Part shown: positions 32,000-42,053 of the stretch, in pieces
Numbering within the stretch: the first letter of the stretch is position 1
Layout of the letters: every line of letters starts with the position of its first letter
Assembly (NCBI GenBank): GCA_027493935.1
Contig: JAOSJV010000010.1
Coordinates: 814,483 to 878,482, forward strand
Direction: 5' to 3'
Length of the DNA stretch: 64,000 nucleotides
From: Burkholderiales bacterium
GTDB lineage: Bacteria > Pseudomonadota > Gammaproteobacteria > Burkholderiales > SG8-39
The notes under the pieces: model-generated
What the model saw: only the letters and a program-made list of their open reading frames with translations
The model's database searches: none
What the model was told of the DNA's origin: nothing
Made by a program: the position numbers and the translations under genes

Positions 32000-33955
32000 A
32001 TGAAACCCGTGGACAACCTCTCCCCGGTCGAGGAGTACAGGCACTTCCGCCTGGAGACCGACCGCGACGGCATCGCGTGGCTGACATTCGACCGCGCCGG
32101 CAGCTCGACCAACACCTTCTCGACCGAGGTGATGCGGGAGCTGAACACCGTCCTCGACGTGCTCGCCACGCGAAAGCCGCGCGGACTCGTGATCCGCTCG
32201 GGGAAGAGTTCGGGCTTCATCGCCGGCGCCGACGTCGAGGAGTTCACCCGCATCGAGTCGACCGCCGACGCGCTCGCGATCGTGCGGCGCGGGTGGGATA
32301 CCCTGAACAAGCTCGCCGCGATGCCGTTTTCGACCGTGGCCCTGGTGCGCGGTTTCTGCATGGGCGGCGGACTCGAGCTCGCACTCGCCTGCCGCTACCG
32401 CATCGCGGTCGACGAGCCGGGCACGCGCTTCGCGCTGCCCGAGGTCACGCTCGGTATCCTGCCCGGCTGGGGCGGCGTGATGCGGCTGCCGCGCGTGATC
32501 GGCCCGAACGCCGCGCTCGACATGATGATGACCGGGCGCTCGGTGGACGCGCGGCGCGCGAAACGCATGGGGCTGGTCGACGCCAGCGTTCCGACGCGCG
32601 TGATGGACAACAGCGCGCGCATCATGGTGCTGGAGGCGCCGAAGCCCCGCGAGCTGCCGCTCAAGGACCGGCTGATGAACGGCCGGCTCAAGACGCTCGT
32701 CGCGAAGATCGCGCTGCGCCAGCTCGAGAAGAAGGCGCGCCGCGAGCACTACCCGGCGCCGTACGCGATCCTCGAGCTGTGGCTGAAGCACGACGGCGAT
32801 CCGTTCGCGCCGCCGGAGGGCGATCCGGCTTCGATCGCCTGCCTCGCGCAGCATCCGACCACCCGCAGCCTGATCCGCATCTTCGGGCTGCAGGAGCGCA
32901 TGAAGTCGCTCGGAAAGGAGAGCGACTTCGCCGCCAAGCGGGTGCACGTGGTCGGCGCGGGCACGATGGGCGGCGACATCGCCGCGGTGTGCGCGATGCG
33001 TGGGCTCACCGTGACGCTGCAGGACCAGAGCGCCGAGCGCCTGGCGCCGGCGATGAAGCGCGCCGCCGCGCTCTTCGGCAAGCGGGTCCGAGACAAGCTG
33101 CGCGCGCGCGACGCGATGGACCGGTTGATCCCGGACGTGTCGGGCGACGGCGCGCGCCATGCCGACGTGATCATCGAGGCGATCTTCGAGAATTTGGAGG
33201 CGAAGCGCGCGCTCTTCGCGCGGCTCGAGAAGATCGCGCGGCCGACGGCGATCCTCGCCACCAACACCTCGAGCCTGAAGCTCGCCGATATCGGCGAGGC
33301 GCTCGCCGATCCGGCGCGCCTCGTCGGCCTGCACTTCTTCAACCCGGTGCCGCAGCTGCAGCTGGTCGAGGTGGTCGCCGGCGAGCGGACCGGTCGGGAG
33401 TGGGCCAAGAAGGGCGCAGCGTTCGTGCGCCAGATCGACAAGCTGCCGCTGCCCGTGAAGGACTCGCCCGGGTTCCTGGTGAACCGCGTGCTCGGGCCGT
33501 ACCTGCTGCAGGCGTTCAAGCTCGTCGACGAGGGTGTCGCCAAGGAGACAGTCGACGCCGCCGCAACGCGCTTCGGGATGCCCATGGGCCCGATCGAGCT
33601 CGCTGACACGGTGGGCCTGGATATCTGCGCAGCCGCCGGCAAGTCGCTCGCCGGCGGGGACGCCGCGATGCCGAAAAGCCTCGCGACGCTGATCGACGCC
33701 GGCAAGCTCGGCAAGAAGTCGGGCGAAGGCTTCTACCGCTGGGTCGACGGCAAGCCGCGGAAAGGGCCCGGCGGCGAGCCGAGCGATGCGCTGGCGAACC
33801 GCCTGATCGAGCCCTATCTCGCCGAGGCGAAGAAGGCGGTCGAGGAAGGTGTCGTCGCCGACGCCGACCTCGCCGACGCGGGGCTCGTCTTCGGCACCGG
33901 ATTCGCGCCCTTCCGCGGCGGGCCATTGCATTACATGGCCCGGCGCGGATCGTAA
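32000..33955 (+). CDS. Bifunctional enoyl-CoA hydratase / 3-hydroxyacyl-CoA dehydrogenase (FadB/FadJ-like)
   Basis: Crotonase part FIAGADVEEF...GFCMGGGLELALACRYRI. NAD-binding site VHVVGAGTMGGDIA, and HAD part ATNTSSL...GLHFFNPVPQLQLVEVV...SPGFLVNRVL. 651 aa, intact. Confidence 0.9.
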   Translation: MKPVDNLSPVEEYRHFRLETDRDGIAWLTFDRAGSSTNTFSTEVMRELNTVLDVLATRKPRGLVIRSGKSSGFIAGADVEEFTRIESTADALAIVRRGWDTLNKLAAMPFSTVALVRGFCMGGGLELALACRYRIAVDEPGTRFALPEVTLGILPGWGGVMRLPRVIGPNAALDMMMTGRSVDARRAKRMGLVDASVPTRVMDNSARIMVLEAPKPRELPLKDRLMNGRLKTLVAKIALRQLEKKARREHYPAPYAILELWLKHDGDPFAPPEGDPASIACLAQHPTTRSLIRIFGLQERMKSLGKESDFAAKRVHVVGAGTMGGDIAAVCAMRGLTVTLQDQSAERLAPAMKRAAALFGKRVRDKLRARDAMDRLIPDVSGDGARHADVIIEAIFENLEAKRALFARLEKIARPTAILATNTSSLKLADIGEALADPARLVGLHFFNPVPQLQLVEVVAGERTGREWAKKGAAFVRQIDKLPLPVKDSPGFLVNRVLGPYLLQAFKLVDEGVAKETVDAAATRFGMPMGPIELADTVGLDICAAAGKSLAGGDAAMPKSLATLIDAGKLGKKSGEGFYRWVDGKPRKGPGGEPSDALANRLIEPYLAEAKKAVEEGVVADADLADAGLVFGTGFAPFRGGPLHYMARRGS

Positions 33956-34069
33956 TCCGGTCGCGGCGGGCCATTGCATCGCATGGCCCGGCGCGGATCG
34001 TAATCCGGTCGCGGCGGGCCATTGCATCGCATGGCCCGGCGCGGATCGTAATCCGGTCGCGGCGGGCCA
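33913..34069. repeat. 48-bp tandem repeat, about 3.2 copies, first copy being the fadB 3' end
   Basis: The GGCC phase marker recurs at 33921, 33969, 34017 and 34065. The unit is GGGCCATTGCAT(TA/CG)CATGGCCCGGCGCGGATCGTAATCCGGTCGCGGC. Every full copy carries GGCCAT..ATGGCC and the TAA. Confidence 0.95.
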
Positions 34070-34119
34070 CGCGCACTGCCGCGCACCGCGCGGCGCGCGT
34101 GCGCGGCTACAATCGCGCC

Positions 34120-34515
34120 ATGAGCGACCCGATCCAGCTCCCGCGCGACAGGGAGCCCGTCCTGCGCGTGGTGCCGATGCCCGCGGACGTGAATGTCCAC
34201 GGCGACATCTTCGGCGGCTGGATCATGGCGCAGGTCGATCTCGCGGGCGGTGTGGCGGCAATGCAGCGCGCGCGCGGGCGCGTGGCGACAGTCGCCGTGA
34301 ACGCGTTTCAGTTCAAGGAACCTGTGTATATGGGCGACCTCCTCTCCTTCTACGCGGACGTGGTGCGGGTCGGCAACACCTCTCTCACGATCAAGGTCGA
34401 GGTGTACGCCCAGCGCAGCCCGGTCGACGTCGAGGTGGTCAAGGTGACCGAGGCGACGCTCACCTACGTTGCGACGGACGAGAATCGGCAGCCGCGGCCT
34501 GTGCCGCGCGGGTAG
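34120..34515 (+). CDS. Acyl-CoA thioesterase, YciA-type hotdog fold
   Basis: MPADVNVHGDIFGGWIMAQVDLAGGVAA...VATVAVNAFQFKEPVYMGDLLSFYADVVRVGNTSLTIKVEV matches YciA-like thioesterases. ATG 34120; an alternative GTG start is at 34099. Confidence 0.85.
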   Translation: MSDPIQLPRDREPVLRVVPMPADVNVHGDIFGGWIMAQVDLAGGVAAMQRARGRVATVAVNAFQFKEPVYMGDLLSFYADVVRVGNTSLTIKVEVYAQRSPVDVEVVKVTEATLTYVATDENRQPRPVPRG

Positions 34516-34519
34516 TTGA

Positions 34520-34670
34520 GCGGGGCTCCTCTGGCGGGGTTGCTCGGAAGGTGTCGGCGGGCACGCTAGGCCGGCGCTTCTCCGCGAAAAGGAGGCGCCG
34601 CCGCGCCTTCGGCGCGACCGGCGCGGCTGCTAGCGCGGGCACACCGCTCCTCGACGAGGAGGGGCTGCGG
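34520..34670. repeat. Probable degenerate member of the SD/anti-SD hairpin element family (copy D)
   Basis: This convergent intergenic region contains GGCGGGGTTGC (compare GGCGGGGTGGTTGC), CGCGAAAAGGAGGCGCC, and GGGCACACCGCTCCTCGACGAGGAGGGGCTGC (compare GGCACCCCTCCTTGAAAAGGAGGGGAC). Confidence 0.35.
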
Positions 34671-34674
34671 CGCC

Positions 34675-35448
34675 CTACGCGCCCGAGCGCCCCCCGCCGA
34701 GCGCCTGCTTGACCGCGCCGAAGACGTCGACCGGCAGCGGAAAGACGATCGTGTTCGACTTGTCGCCCGCGATCGCGGCCAGCGTCTGCATGTAGCGCAG
34801 CTGCATCGCCTCGGGCTGGCGCGCGAGCTGCTGCGCGGCCTGCAGGAGCTTCTCCGCGGCCTGCAGCTCGCCCTCGGCGTGGATCACCTTCGCGCGCCGG
34901 TCGCGTTCGGCCTCGGCCTGCTTGGCGATCGCCCGCACCATCGACTCGTCGATGTCGACATGCTTGATCTCGACGTTCGACACCTTGATGCCCCAGGCGT
35001 CGGTCTGCGCGTCGAGCACCTGCTGGATGTCGAGGTTCAGCTTCTCGCGCTCGGCGAGCATCTCGTCGAGCTCGTGCTTGCCGAGCACGGCGCGCAGCGT
35101 GGTCTGCGCGAGCTGGCTCGTCGCCGAGAGGTAGTTCTCGACCTGGATGATCGCCTTCTCCGGGTCGACTACCCGGAAGTAGACCACCGCGTTCACCTTC
35201 ACCGAGACGTTGTCGCGCGAGATCACATCCTGGCTCGGCACGTCGAGTACCAGCGTACGCAGGTCGACCCGCACCATCTGCTGGATGCCGGGGATGATGA
35301 CGATCAGGCCGGGGCCCTTGACCCGCCAGAACCGGCCGAGCAGGAACACGACGCCGCGCTCGTACTCGCGCAGGATGCGTAGCGACGCGGCGATCGCGAT
35401 GACGATGAACGCGAGGATGCCTGCGTAGCCGATGTTCCATTCGGTCAT
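34675..35448 (-). CDS. SPFH/band-7 (stomatin-like, slipin) membrane protein
   Basis: ATG 35448 ([40 protein letters not shown]...). Sequence [23 protein letters not shown]...[16 protein letters not shown] is typical of prokaryotic stomatins. Confidence 0.9.
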   Translation of the reverse strand: MTEWNIGYAGILAFIVIAIAASLRILREYERGVVFLLGRFWRVKGPGLIVIIPGIQQMVRVDLRTLVLDVPSQDVISRDNVSVKVNAVVYFRVVDPEKAIIQVENYLSATSQLAQTTLRAVLGKHELDEMLAEREKLNLDIQQVLDAQTDAWGIKVSNVEIKHVDIDESMVRAIAKQAEAERDRRAKVIHAEGELQAAEKLLQAAQQLARQPEAMQLRYMQTLAAIAGDKSNTIVFPLPVDVFGAVKQALGGGRSGA

Positions 35449-36894
35449 GTCTTCTCTCCTTGGCTTGCCTGCTGCTCCGGTTCGACCTCGAGCACGAGGC
35501 CCTTGGTGCCCTTTGACCCGCACGCGCTCGCCCTTGGCGAGCGGCACGGTGCTGACCGCGCGCCACAGCTCGCCGCGCGTGCGCACCCAGCCTTCGCCGG
35601 CGAAGTCGTCGACCACGACGCCGGCGCTGCCGGCGATCTCCTCGCGCCCGGCGAGCACCGGCCGGCTGCGCGCCCGGACCGCGAGCCCGACGATCGCAAA
35701 GACCAGCAACGCGCTCACCACGCCGAGCGTCACGATGAACGCGACCGGCACGCCGAAGCCGGGGAGATCGGTGTCGATCAGCATCAGCCCGCCGAACACG
35801 AACGCGGCCACGCCGCCGATGCCGAGCGCGCCGAAGCTCGGCAGGAAGGCCTCGGCCACCATGAACGCGAGCCCGAGCAGCATCAGCGCGAGGCCGGCGT
35901 AGTTCACCGGCAGGAGCTGCAGCGCGAAAAGCCCGAGCAGAAGGGAGATCGCGCCGACCACGCCCGGCAGCACGAAACCGGGGTTCGAGAACTCGAAGAA
36001 AAGCCCGTAGATCCCGATCATCATCAGGATCAGGGCGACGCTCGGATTGGTGATCACCGCGAGGAGCTCGGTGCGCCAGTCGGGCCGGACGAACTCGGTC
36101 GCCGCGCCGCGCAGCGCGAGCGTGCGCTCGACGCCCTGCACCGTCACCTTGCGGCCGTTCAGCTTGGCGATCAAGTCGGCAACGTCGGTTGCGATGATGT
36201 CGATCACCTTCTGCTCGAGCGCCTCCCTGGACGACAGGCTCACGGCCTCGCGCACCGCACGCTCGGCCCATTCGGCGTTGCGCCCCCTGAGCTGCGCGAG
36301 ACCGCGGATGTAGGCCGAGGCGTCGTGGATCTGCTTGCGCGAGAGCGCGTCCTGCGGCGCGGGCGCCTTCGTCTTGGCGCTCCGGTCCTCGGCCGCATCC
36401 CTCTTCGCGCTCTTCTTCGGATCCTGCTTCGCGTCGCTCTTCTCGTGCGCCTTCTCGGGTCTCTCGTCCGGCTTGTCCTCGCCGCCCGGCCGCGCGCCGC
36501 CGATGCCGATCGCGACCGGCGTCGCCGCGCCGAGATTCGTGGCCGGCGCCATCGCGGCGAAATGGCTCGCGTAGAGGATGTAGGTGCCCGCGCTCGCCGC
36601 GCGCGCGCCGCTCGGGCCGACGAATACCGCCACCGGCACGGTCGAGGCGAGGATCTGCTTGATGATGTCGCGCATCGACGTGTCGAGCCCGCCGGGCGTG
36701 TCCATCTGGATGACGGTCAGCGCGGCGCCACCCTCGGCGGCACGCCGCATGCCCCGCACGAGATAGTCCGAGATGGCCGGCGTGACGGCGCCCTCGAACG
36801 AGAGCACGACCACCTTCGCCGCAGAGGCTGCCGCCTTGTCCTCGGCAGTGGCCGGGAGCTGCGAGCCGACGAGCAACGCCGCGCCCGCGAGCAC
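35445..36894 (-). pseudogene. NfeD-family membrane-bound ClpP-class serine protease; frame break at 35512-35514 fuses it in silico to the SPFH gene
   Basis: [22 protein letters not shown]...IQMDTPGGL...[32 protein letters not shown], then TM helices and the OB-fold tail [22 protein letters not shown]. The natural tail [20 protein letters not shown] lies in the -1 frame and ends at TGA 35445-35447, overlapping the SPFH ATG (ATGA). The N-terminus is uncertain (GTG 36894, or an upstream ATG via another run miscount). Confidence 0.8.
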
Positions 36895-37242
36895 GAAAGC
36901 GCCGGCGCCGCGCGGGCGGCAGCACGCCGTGCGCCGCAGATCGCCCCTGCACTGCGTATGGGTACCATGCGTCGGCTAGGTCCTGGCGATGCCCTCTCGT
37001 GACGACGAGGATACGCGCTGCCCAGCACGGGATCAATGGATCGCTACCGCCGAAAAAGTTCCCGCATCTTGCCGCCGCGCCGCGCGCGTCCTGCGCGCCG
37101 GCGCACCAGGCGCGCGCATGTGCGACCATCGCGGTTGCGGCGCGAACCCACGCCGGCGGCGGGTGTCCATCGGAGTGTCCGATTCCTCGCGGACGCGGCA
37201 AGCGGCACCGTCGCGACACCCGATCGAACCCAGGAGCCCGAA

Positions 37243-39960
37243 GTGCGCGACCCGGCACCGACCGCCATTCTGCTGAAGGACTACGCTCCGCCCGCGTTCC
37301 TCGTCGACACGATCGACCTCGACATCGCGATCTTCGACGACCACGCGCGCGTGCGCGCGACCCTCGCGGTGCGCCGCAATCCGACCGCGCGCGGCGTGCC
37401 GGCGGCGCCGCTCGCACTCGACGGCGACGAGCTTTCCCTCGTCTCGGTCGCGCTCGACGGCCGCGCGCTCGCCGCGGCCGAGTATGCGGTCGCGCCCGAC
37501 CGCCTCACGGTCCATGCGGTGCCCGACGCCTTCACGCTCGCGACCGAAGTGCGCATCGAGCCGCAGAAGAACACCAAGCTCATGGGTCTCTACGCGTCGA
37601 AGGACGGCTACTTCACGCAGTCCGAGGCCGAGGGCTTCCGCCGCATCACCTACTTCATCGACCGGCCGGACGTGATGGCGCGCTACACGTGCACGATTCG
37701 CGCCGATCGCGAACGCTGCCCGCACCTGCTCTCGAACGGCAATCCGGTGGCGGCTGGATTTGAACCACCCCGCCCTGCTGCGCAGGGCACCCTCCTTCCC
37801 AAGGGGGGATCAACCGCCCCGCCTTGAAAAGGAGGGGAAGGGACGGCGCTGGGTGCGCTGGGAAGACCCGTTCCCGAAGCCCTCCTACCTCTTCGCGGTG
37901 GTCGCAGCGAAACTCGACCGCCTGGAGGATAGCTTCGTCACGATGTCGGGCAAGCACGCGAAGCTCGAGATCTACGTCGAGCCCGGCAAGCTCGAGGAGG
38001 CGCGCTTCGCGATGGCGGCGCTCAAGCGCGCGATGAAGTGGGACGAGGAGATGTTCGGTCTCGAGCTCGACCTCGACCACTACATGATCGTCGCGGTCGG
38101 CGATTTCAACATGGGCGCGATGGAGAACAAGGGGCTCAACATCTTCAACACGAAGTACGTGCTCGCGCGGCCGGAGACGGCGACCGACGTCGATTACCAG
38201 AATATCGACCGCGTCGTCGCGCACGAGTATTTCCACAACTGGACCGGCAACCGGGTGACCTGCCGCGACTGGTTCCAGCTCTCGCTCAAGGAGGGGCTGA
38301 CCGTGTTCCGCGACCAGGAGTTCGGCGCGGACACGTACTCGCGCGCGGTGAGCCGGATCCGCGAGGTGCGCAACCTGCGCCTCAGCCAGTTCCCGGAGGA
38401 CGCCGGCCCGATGGCGCACCCGGTGCGCCCGCAGTCCTATATCGAGGTCACGAACTTCTACACCGCCACGGTGTACGAGAAGGGCGCCGAGGTCGTGCGC
38501 ATGCTCCGCACGCTGCTCGGCAAGGACGCGTTCCGGCGCGGCATGGACCTCTACTTCGAGCGCCACGACGGCCAGGCAGTGACCTGCGACGACTTCGTGC
38601 GTGCGATGGCCGATGCCGCGGGCGCCGACCTCGGGCAGTTCATGCGTTGGTACGACCAGGCGGGCACGCCCGTGATCACCGCCTCGGCAGCGTACGACGC
38701 GGCGACGCGACGCTACACACTCGAGCTCGCGCAGTCCTGCCCGCCGACGCCCGGCCAGCCGGTCAAGCTGCCGTTCCACATCCCGGTGGCCGTCGGCCTG
38801 GTCGGTCCGGACGGGCGCGACGTGCCGCTCAGGCTCGAGGGCGAGCCGGCGCCGGCCGGGACGACGCGTGTGCTATCGCTCGAGGCCGAGCGCGAGCGCT
38901 ACACCTTCGTGGACGTGCCGGGCGCGCCGGTGCCCTCGCTCTTGCGCGACTTCTCGGCGCCGGTGATCCTCAGGCACGACTACGACGAGGCGGCGCTCGC
39001 GCGGCTGATGGCGCACGACTCGGATCCGTTCAACCGCTGGGAGGCCGGCCAGCGGCTCGCGACGGGGCTGCTGATGCAGGGCGTCGCGACCCATCAGGCC
39101 GGGCGGCCTTTCGAGGTTCCTGACGCCATCGTGTCCGCGTTCGCGCGGGTGCTCGCCGACGCGCCGCGCGACCCCGCTTTCGCGGCCGAGGCGCTCACGC
39201 TCCCCCCGAGATCTTCCTCGCCGAGCAAATGGACGCGGTCGACCCGGACGCGATCCACGCGGCGCGCAACGCGCTCGCCGCGTACCTCGCGCGCGCGCTG
39301 CGGCGCGAGCTCGCCGCCGCCTACCGCGCGTACGCGGTGCCCGGGCCCTACAGCCCGGACGCCGCGAGCGCCGGCAAGCGCGCGCTGCGCAACCTGTGCC
39401 TCGCCTATCTGATGGAGCTCGCCGACGACGAGGCGCGCGCGCTGGCGATGGCGCAGTTCGAGCGCGCCGACAACATGACCGACGCCATGGCCGCGCTCGG
39501 CGCGCTCGCGCACTGCGACTGCCCCGAGCGCCTCGCGGCGCTCGATGCGTTCTACGCGCGCTGGCGAGGCGAGCCGCTGGTGGTGGACAAATGGCTGCGC
39601 GTGCAGTCGACCTCACGCCTGCCGGGCACGCTCGCCGGGGTCCGGCGGCTGCTTGCGCACCCGGCCTTCTCGCTCAAGAACCCGAACAAGGTCTATGCGC
39701 TCGTCGGCGGCTTCACGCTGGCGAACCACGTGCGCTTCCACGCCGCCGACGGCGGGGGCTATGCGTTCCTGGCCGACCAGGTGATCGCGCTCGATCGGCT
39801 CAACCCGCAGGTCGCCGCGCGCATGGCGCGCGCCTTCGACCGCTGGCGCAAGTTCGACGGCGGGCGTCAGGCTCATGCGCGCGCTGCGCTAGAGCGGGTG
39901 CGCGACACCGAGGGGCTCTCGAAGGACGCCACCGAGGTGGTGACGAAGGCGCTCGCGTAG
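37243..39960 (+). pseudogene. pepN: Aminopeptidase N (PepN); carries an intragenic repeat element and two frame breaks (G6 37803-37808, C6 39202-39207)
   Basis: AGGAG RBS and GTG 37243. Colinear with E. coli PepN: LLSNGN..., WVRWEDPFPKPSYLFA, GAMENKGLNIFN, HEYFHNWTGNRVTCRDWFQLSLKEGLTVFRDQEF, down to ...VVTKALA*. The coding signal runs through listed ORFs 37036..37827, 37760..39412 and 39229..39960. Confidence 0.9.
37757..37845. repeat. SD/anti-SD hairpin element, copy A (half element plus partial duplication) inside pepN
   Basis: AACCACCCCGCC-CTGCTGCGCA-GGGCACCCTCCTTCCCAAGGGGGGA-TC-AACCGCCCCGCC-TTGAAAAGGAGGGGA. This aligns with the right arm of copy C (AACCACCCCGCCGCTCCTCCGCGCGGCACCCCTCCTTGAAAAGGAGGGGA). 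Confidence 0.75.
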
Positions 39961-40124
39961 AGGCGCCCGTCCGGCGCGTACGCCGCAGCTCCCGCCGGCC
40001 ATCGCCGCGCGGGCGCCTGCGCGCGGACCGCGGACGCGTGTTGCCAAACCGGCCGCGAGGGAGTGCAATGCCCGGGTGTGCCGGCCGGCATGGCGCCGGC
40101 CGGCGAAGACGGGAGGAGCAGCGC

Positions 40125-41138
40125 ATGGGAGATCGACTGCCGAAGCTGAAGGCGGCCGCGGTGCAGGCCGCGCCGGTGTTTCTCGACCGCGAGGCGAGCG
40201 TCGCGAAGGCCTGCCGGCTGATCGACGAGGCGGGCGCGCACGGCGCCGAGCTCGTCGTCCTGCCCGAGGTATTCGTCCCCGGCGGACCGTACTGGGCCTG
40301 GCACATGGGCATGCGCCGCGGCCTCGCGTTCTCGACCGAGCTCTACCTCAACTCGGTCGAGGTGCCGAGCGATGCGGTCGCACGCGTCGGCGACGCGGCG
40401 CGGCGCAACCGCTGCCACGTCGTGCTCGGCGTGAACGAGCGCGACAACAAGACGATCTACAACACGCTGCTCTTCTACGACCGCGGCGGCGAGCTCCTCG
40501 GCAAGCATCGCAAGCTGAAGGCGACCGGGGCAGAGAAGCTCGTCTGGGGCGAAGGCGACGGCAGCACACACCGCGTGTACGAGACCGACATCGGCCGCAT
40601 CGGCGGCCTGATCTGCGGCGAGCACACCCAGGTGCTGCCCGGCTACACGCTGGCGGCAATGGGCGAGCAGATCCACGTCGCCTCGTGGGTCGGCTTTGCG
40701 TTCGCCGACACCTCGCTCACCGAGATCTGCTCGCGCTACCACGCGATCGCGTACAACGCCTTCGTCGTATGCTCACAATCGGTGGTCGAGCCCGCCGTCG
40801 GCGAGCGGCTCGGCATCGATCTCGCGCCGGGCGGCGCCTGGACAGCGATCATCGAGGCGGGCTCGGGACGCGTCATGGCCGGACCGCTTGCCCCCACCGA
40901 GGAGGGGATCGTCTACGCCGAGATCGACCTCAACGCCGCCGTGCCGCACTACTTCCTGCACGAGACCACCGGCCATTACTGGCCGAAGCAGTTCGAGGTC
41001 CGGTTCGACGCGCGCGAGGCGCGCCCGGTGCACGTCGTGCGCGACGCCGCGCCGATGCGGGCGGAAGCCGGCGACGACGAGAGCCGCGCGCAGGACACCT
41101 CCCCCGGCCCGGCGCTCAAGCGCGCGGGCGCGCCCTGA
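40125..41138 (+). CDS. Nitrilase / carbon-nitrogen hydrolase family protein
   Basis: GGGAGGAG RBS and ATG 40125. Glu-Lys-Cys triad context: VVLPEVFVPG, HRKLKATGAEK, GGLICGEH. Confidence 0.85.
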   Translation: MGDRLPKLKAAAVQAAPVFLDREASVAKACRLIDEAGAHGAELVVLPEVFVPGGPYWAWHMGMRRGLAFSTELYLNSVEVPSDAVARVGDAARRNRCHVVLGVNERDNKTIYNTLLFYDRGGELLGKHRKLKATGAEKLVWGEGDGSTHRVYETDIGRIGGLICGEHTQVLPGYTLAAMGEQIHVASWVGFAFADTSLTEICSRYHAIAYNAFVVCSQSVVEPAVGERLGIDLAPGGAWTAIIEAGSGRVMAGPLAPTEEGIVYAEIDLNAAVPHYFLHETTGHYWPKQFEVRFDAREARPVHVVRDAAPMRAEAGDDESRAQDTSPGPALKRAGAP

Positions 41139-41513
41139 GCAGGCCCCGGAGCGTTCGGGCCGGCGTCGGTTCCTCGCGGGCCGGAACGGCTCAGCGCTCG
41201 CGGACGCGCGGCGTCGCGGTTCGCCCGTCCGTCGCGGCGCTCTGCGCAAGACGGCGGATGCGAAAGCGCGGCCCCCGGCGGCCGCGGTGAGCTCGGCCGC
41301 GCCGATCGCGATCCTGACGACACCGCGGCACCCGATGACCGGCGCGCGGCGTTCCCCATCCCGGCGGGCAGTTTGTCCGCGGTCGCGGCCGCCGAAGCGA
41401 TCCCCGTTATTTCCGATCGAGTAGAATGCCGCGCGCGCCGGGTGGGCGCGGATGCGCAACCCGGTTGCGCGCGCCGTCGGCCCGGCACCGCTCTTCCCTG
41501 CCACGGAGTCCCG

Positions 41514-42053
41514 ATGCAGCCCGACCGATATCATCCGCTGCAAGCCGTGCTGCACTGGCTCTCGGCCGCTGCGATTCTCTTCGCGCTCTTCATGGGAATG
41601 TTCTCGTTATCGAGGATCCCGAACGCCGAGACGGCGAACAAGATCTTCGCGCTGCGCGGGCACATGGCGCTCGGGATCGTGATCGGCGCGATCATGCTGT
41701 TGCGGCTCGCGCTGCGGCTCACGCTCGCCCAGCCGGCACCCGCCCGCAGCGGAAGCATCTGGCGGGACCGGCTTGCGCGCACGGTCCACTACGGCATGTA
41801 TCTCGCGGCGCTCGGCATGGCGGCGAGCGGCATCGCGATGGCGCTGCAGACCGGGCTTCCGGGGATCGTCTACGCAGGCTCTGGCGCAGCGCTGCCGGAG
41901 AGCTTCGACGCTCTCGTGCCGCGGCGCGCGCACGGCGTGTTCGCACGCGCGCTGTTCGTGCTCGTCGCGCTGCACCTGGCCGGCGCCCTGTATCACCAGC
42001 TCGTCCGCCGCGACCGGCTCATGGCGCGCATGCGCCTCGGCAGGCGCGCCTGA
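41514..42053 (+). CDS. Cytochrome b561 family protein (CybB-like)
   Basis: ATG 41514 (MQPDRYHPLQAVLHWLSAAAILFAL...). Four TM helices with His ligands (HWL, GHMALG, VHYGMY, HLAGALYH), as in cytochrome b561. Confidence 0.8.
   Translation: MQPDRYHPLQAVLHWLSAAAILFALFMGMFSLSRIPNAETANKIFALRGHMALGIVIGAIMLLRLALRLTLAQPAPARSGSIWRDRLARTVHYGMYLAALGMAASGIAMALQTGLPGIVYAGSGAALPESFDALVPRRAHGVFARALFVLVALHLAGALYHQLVRRDRLMARMRLGRRA

Noticed and set aside
33913-34069. The 48-bp tandem array as a CRISPR array.
   Set aside because: The units abut directly with no unique spacers. The period equals the unit length. The first unit is the fadB 3' coding end. No cas genes are nearby.
39961-40124. The GCCGGCCGGC...GCCGGCCGGC repeat upstream of the nitrilase gene as a regulatory palindrome.
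   Set aside because: The 10-mer is self-complementary and made only of G and C. Such sequences arise easily in this composition, and there is no supporting context.
41139-41513. The 375-bp gap after the nitrilase gene as a hidden gene or sRNA.
   Set aside because: All frames give low-complexity Arg/Ala/Pro translations. I could identify no conserved motif, promoter-terminator pair or structured element by eye.
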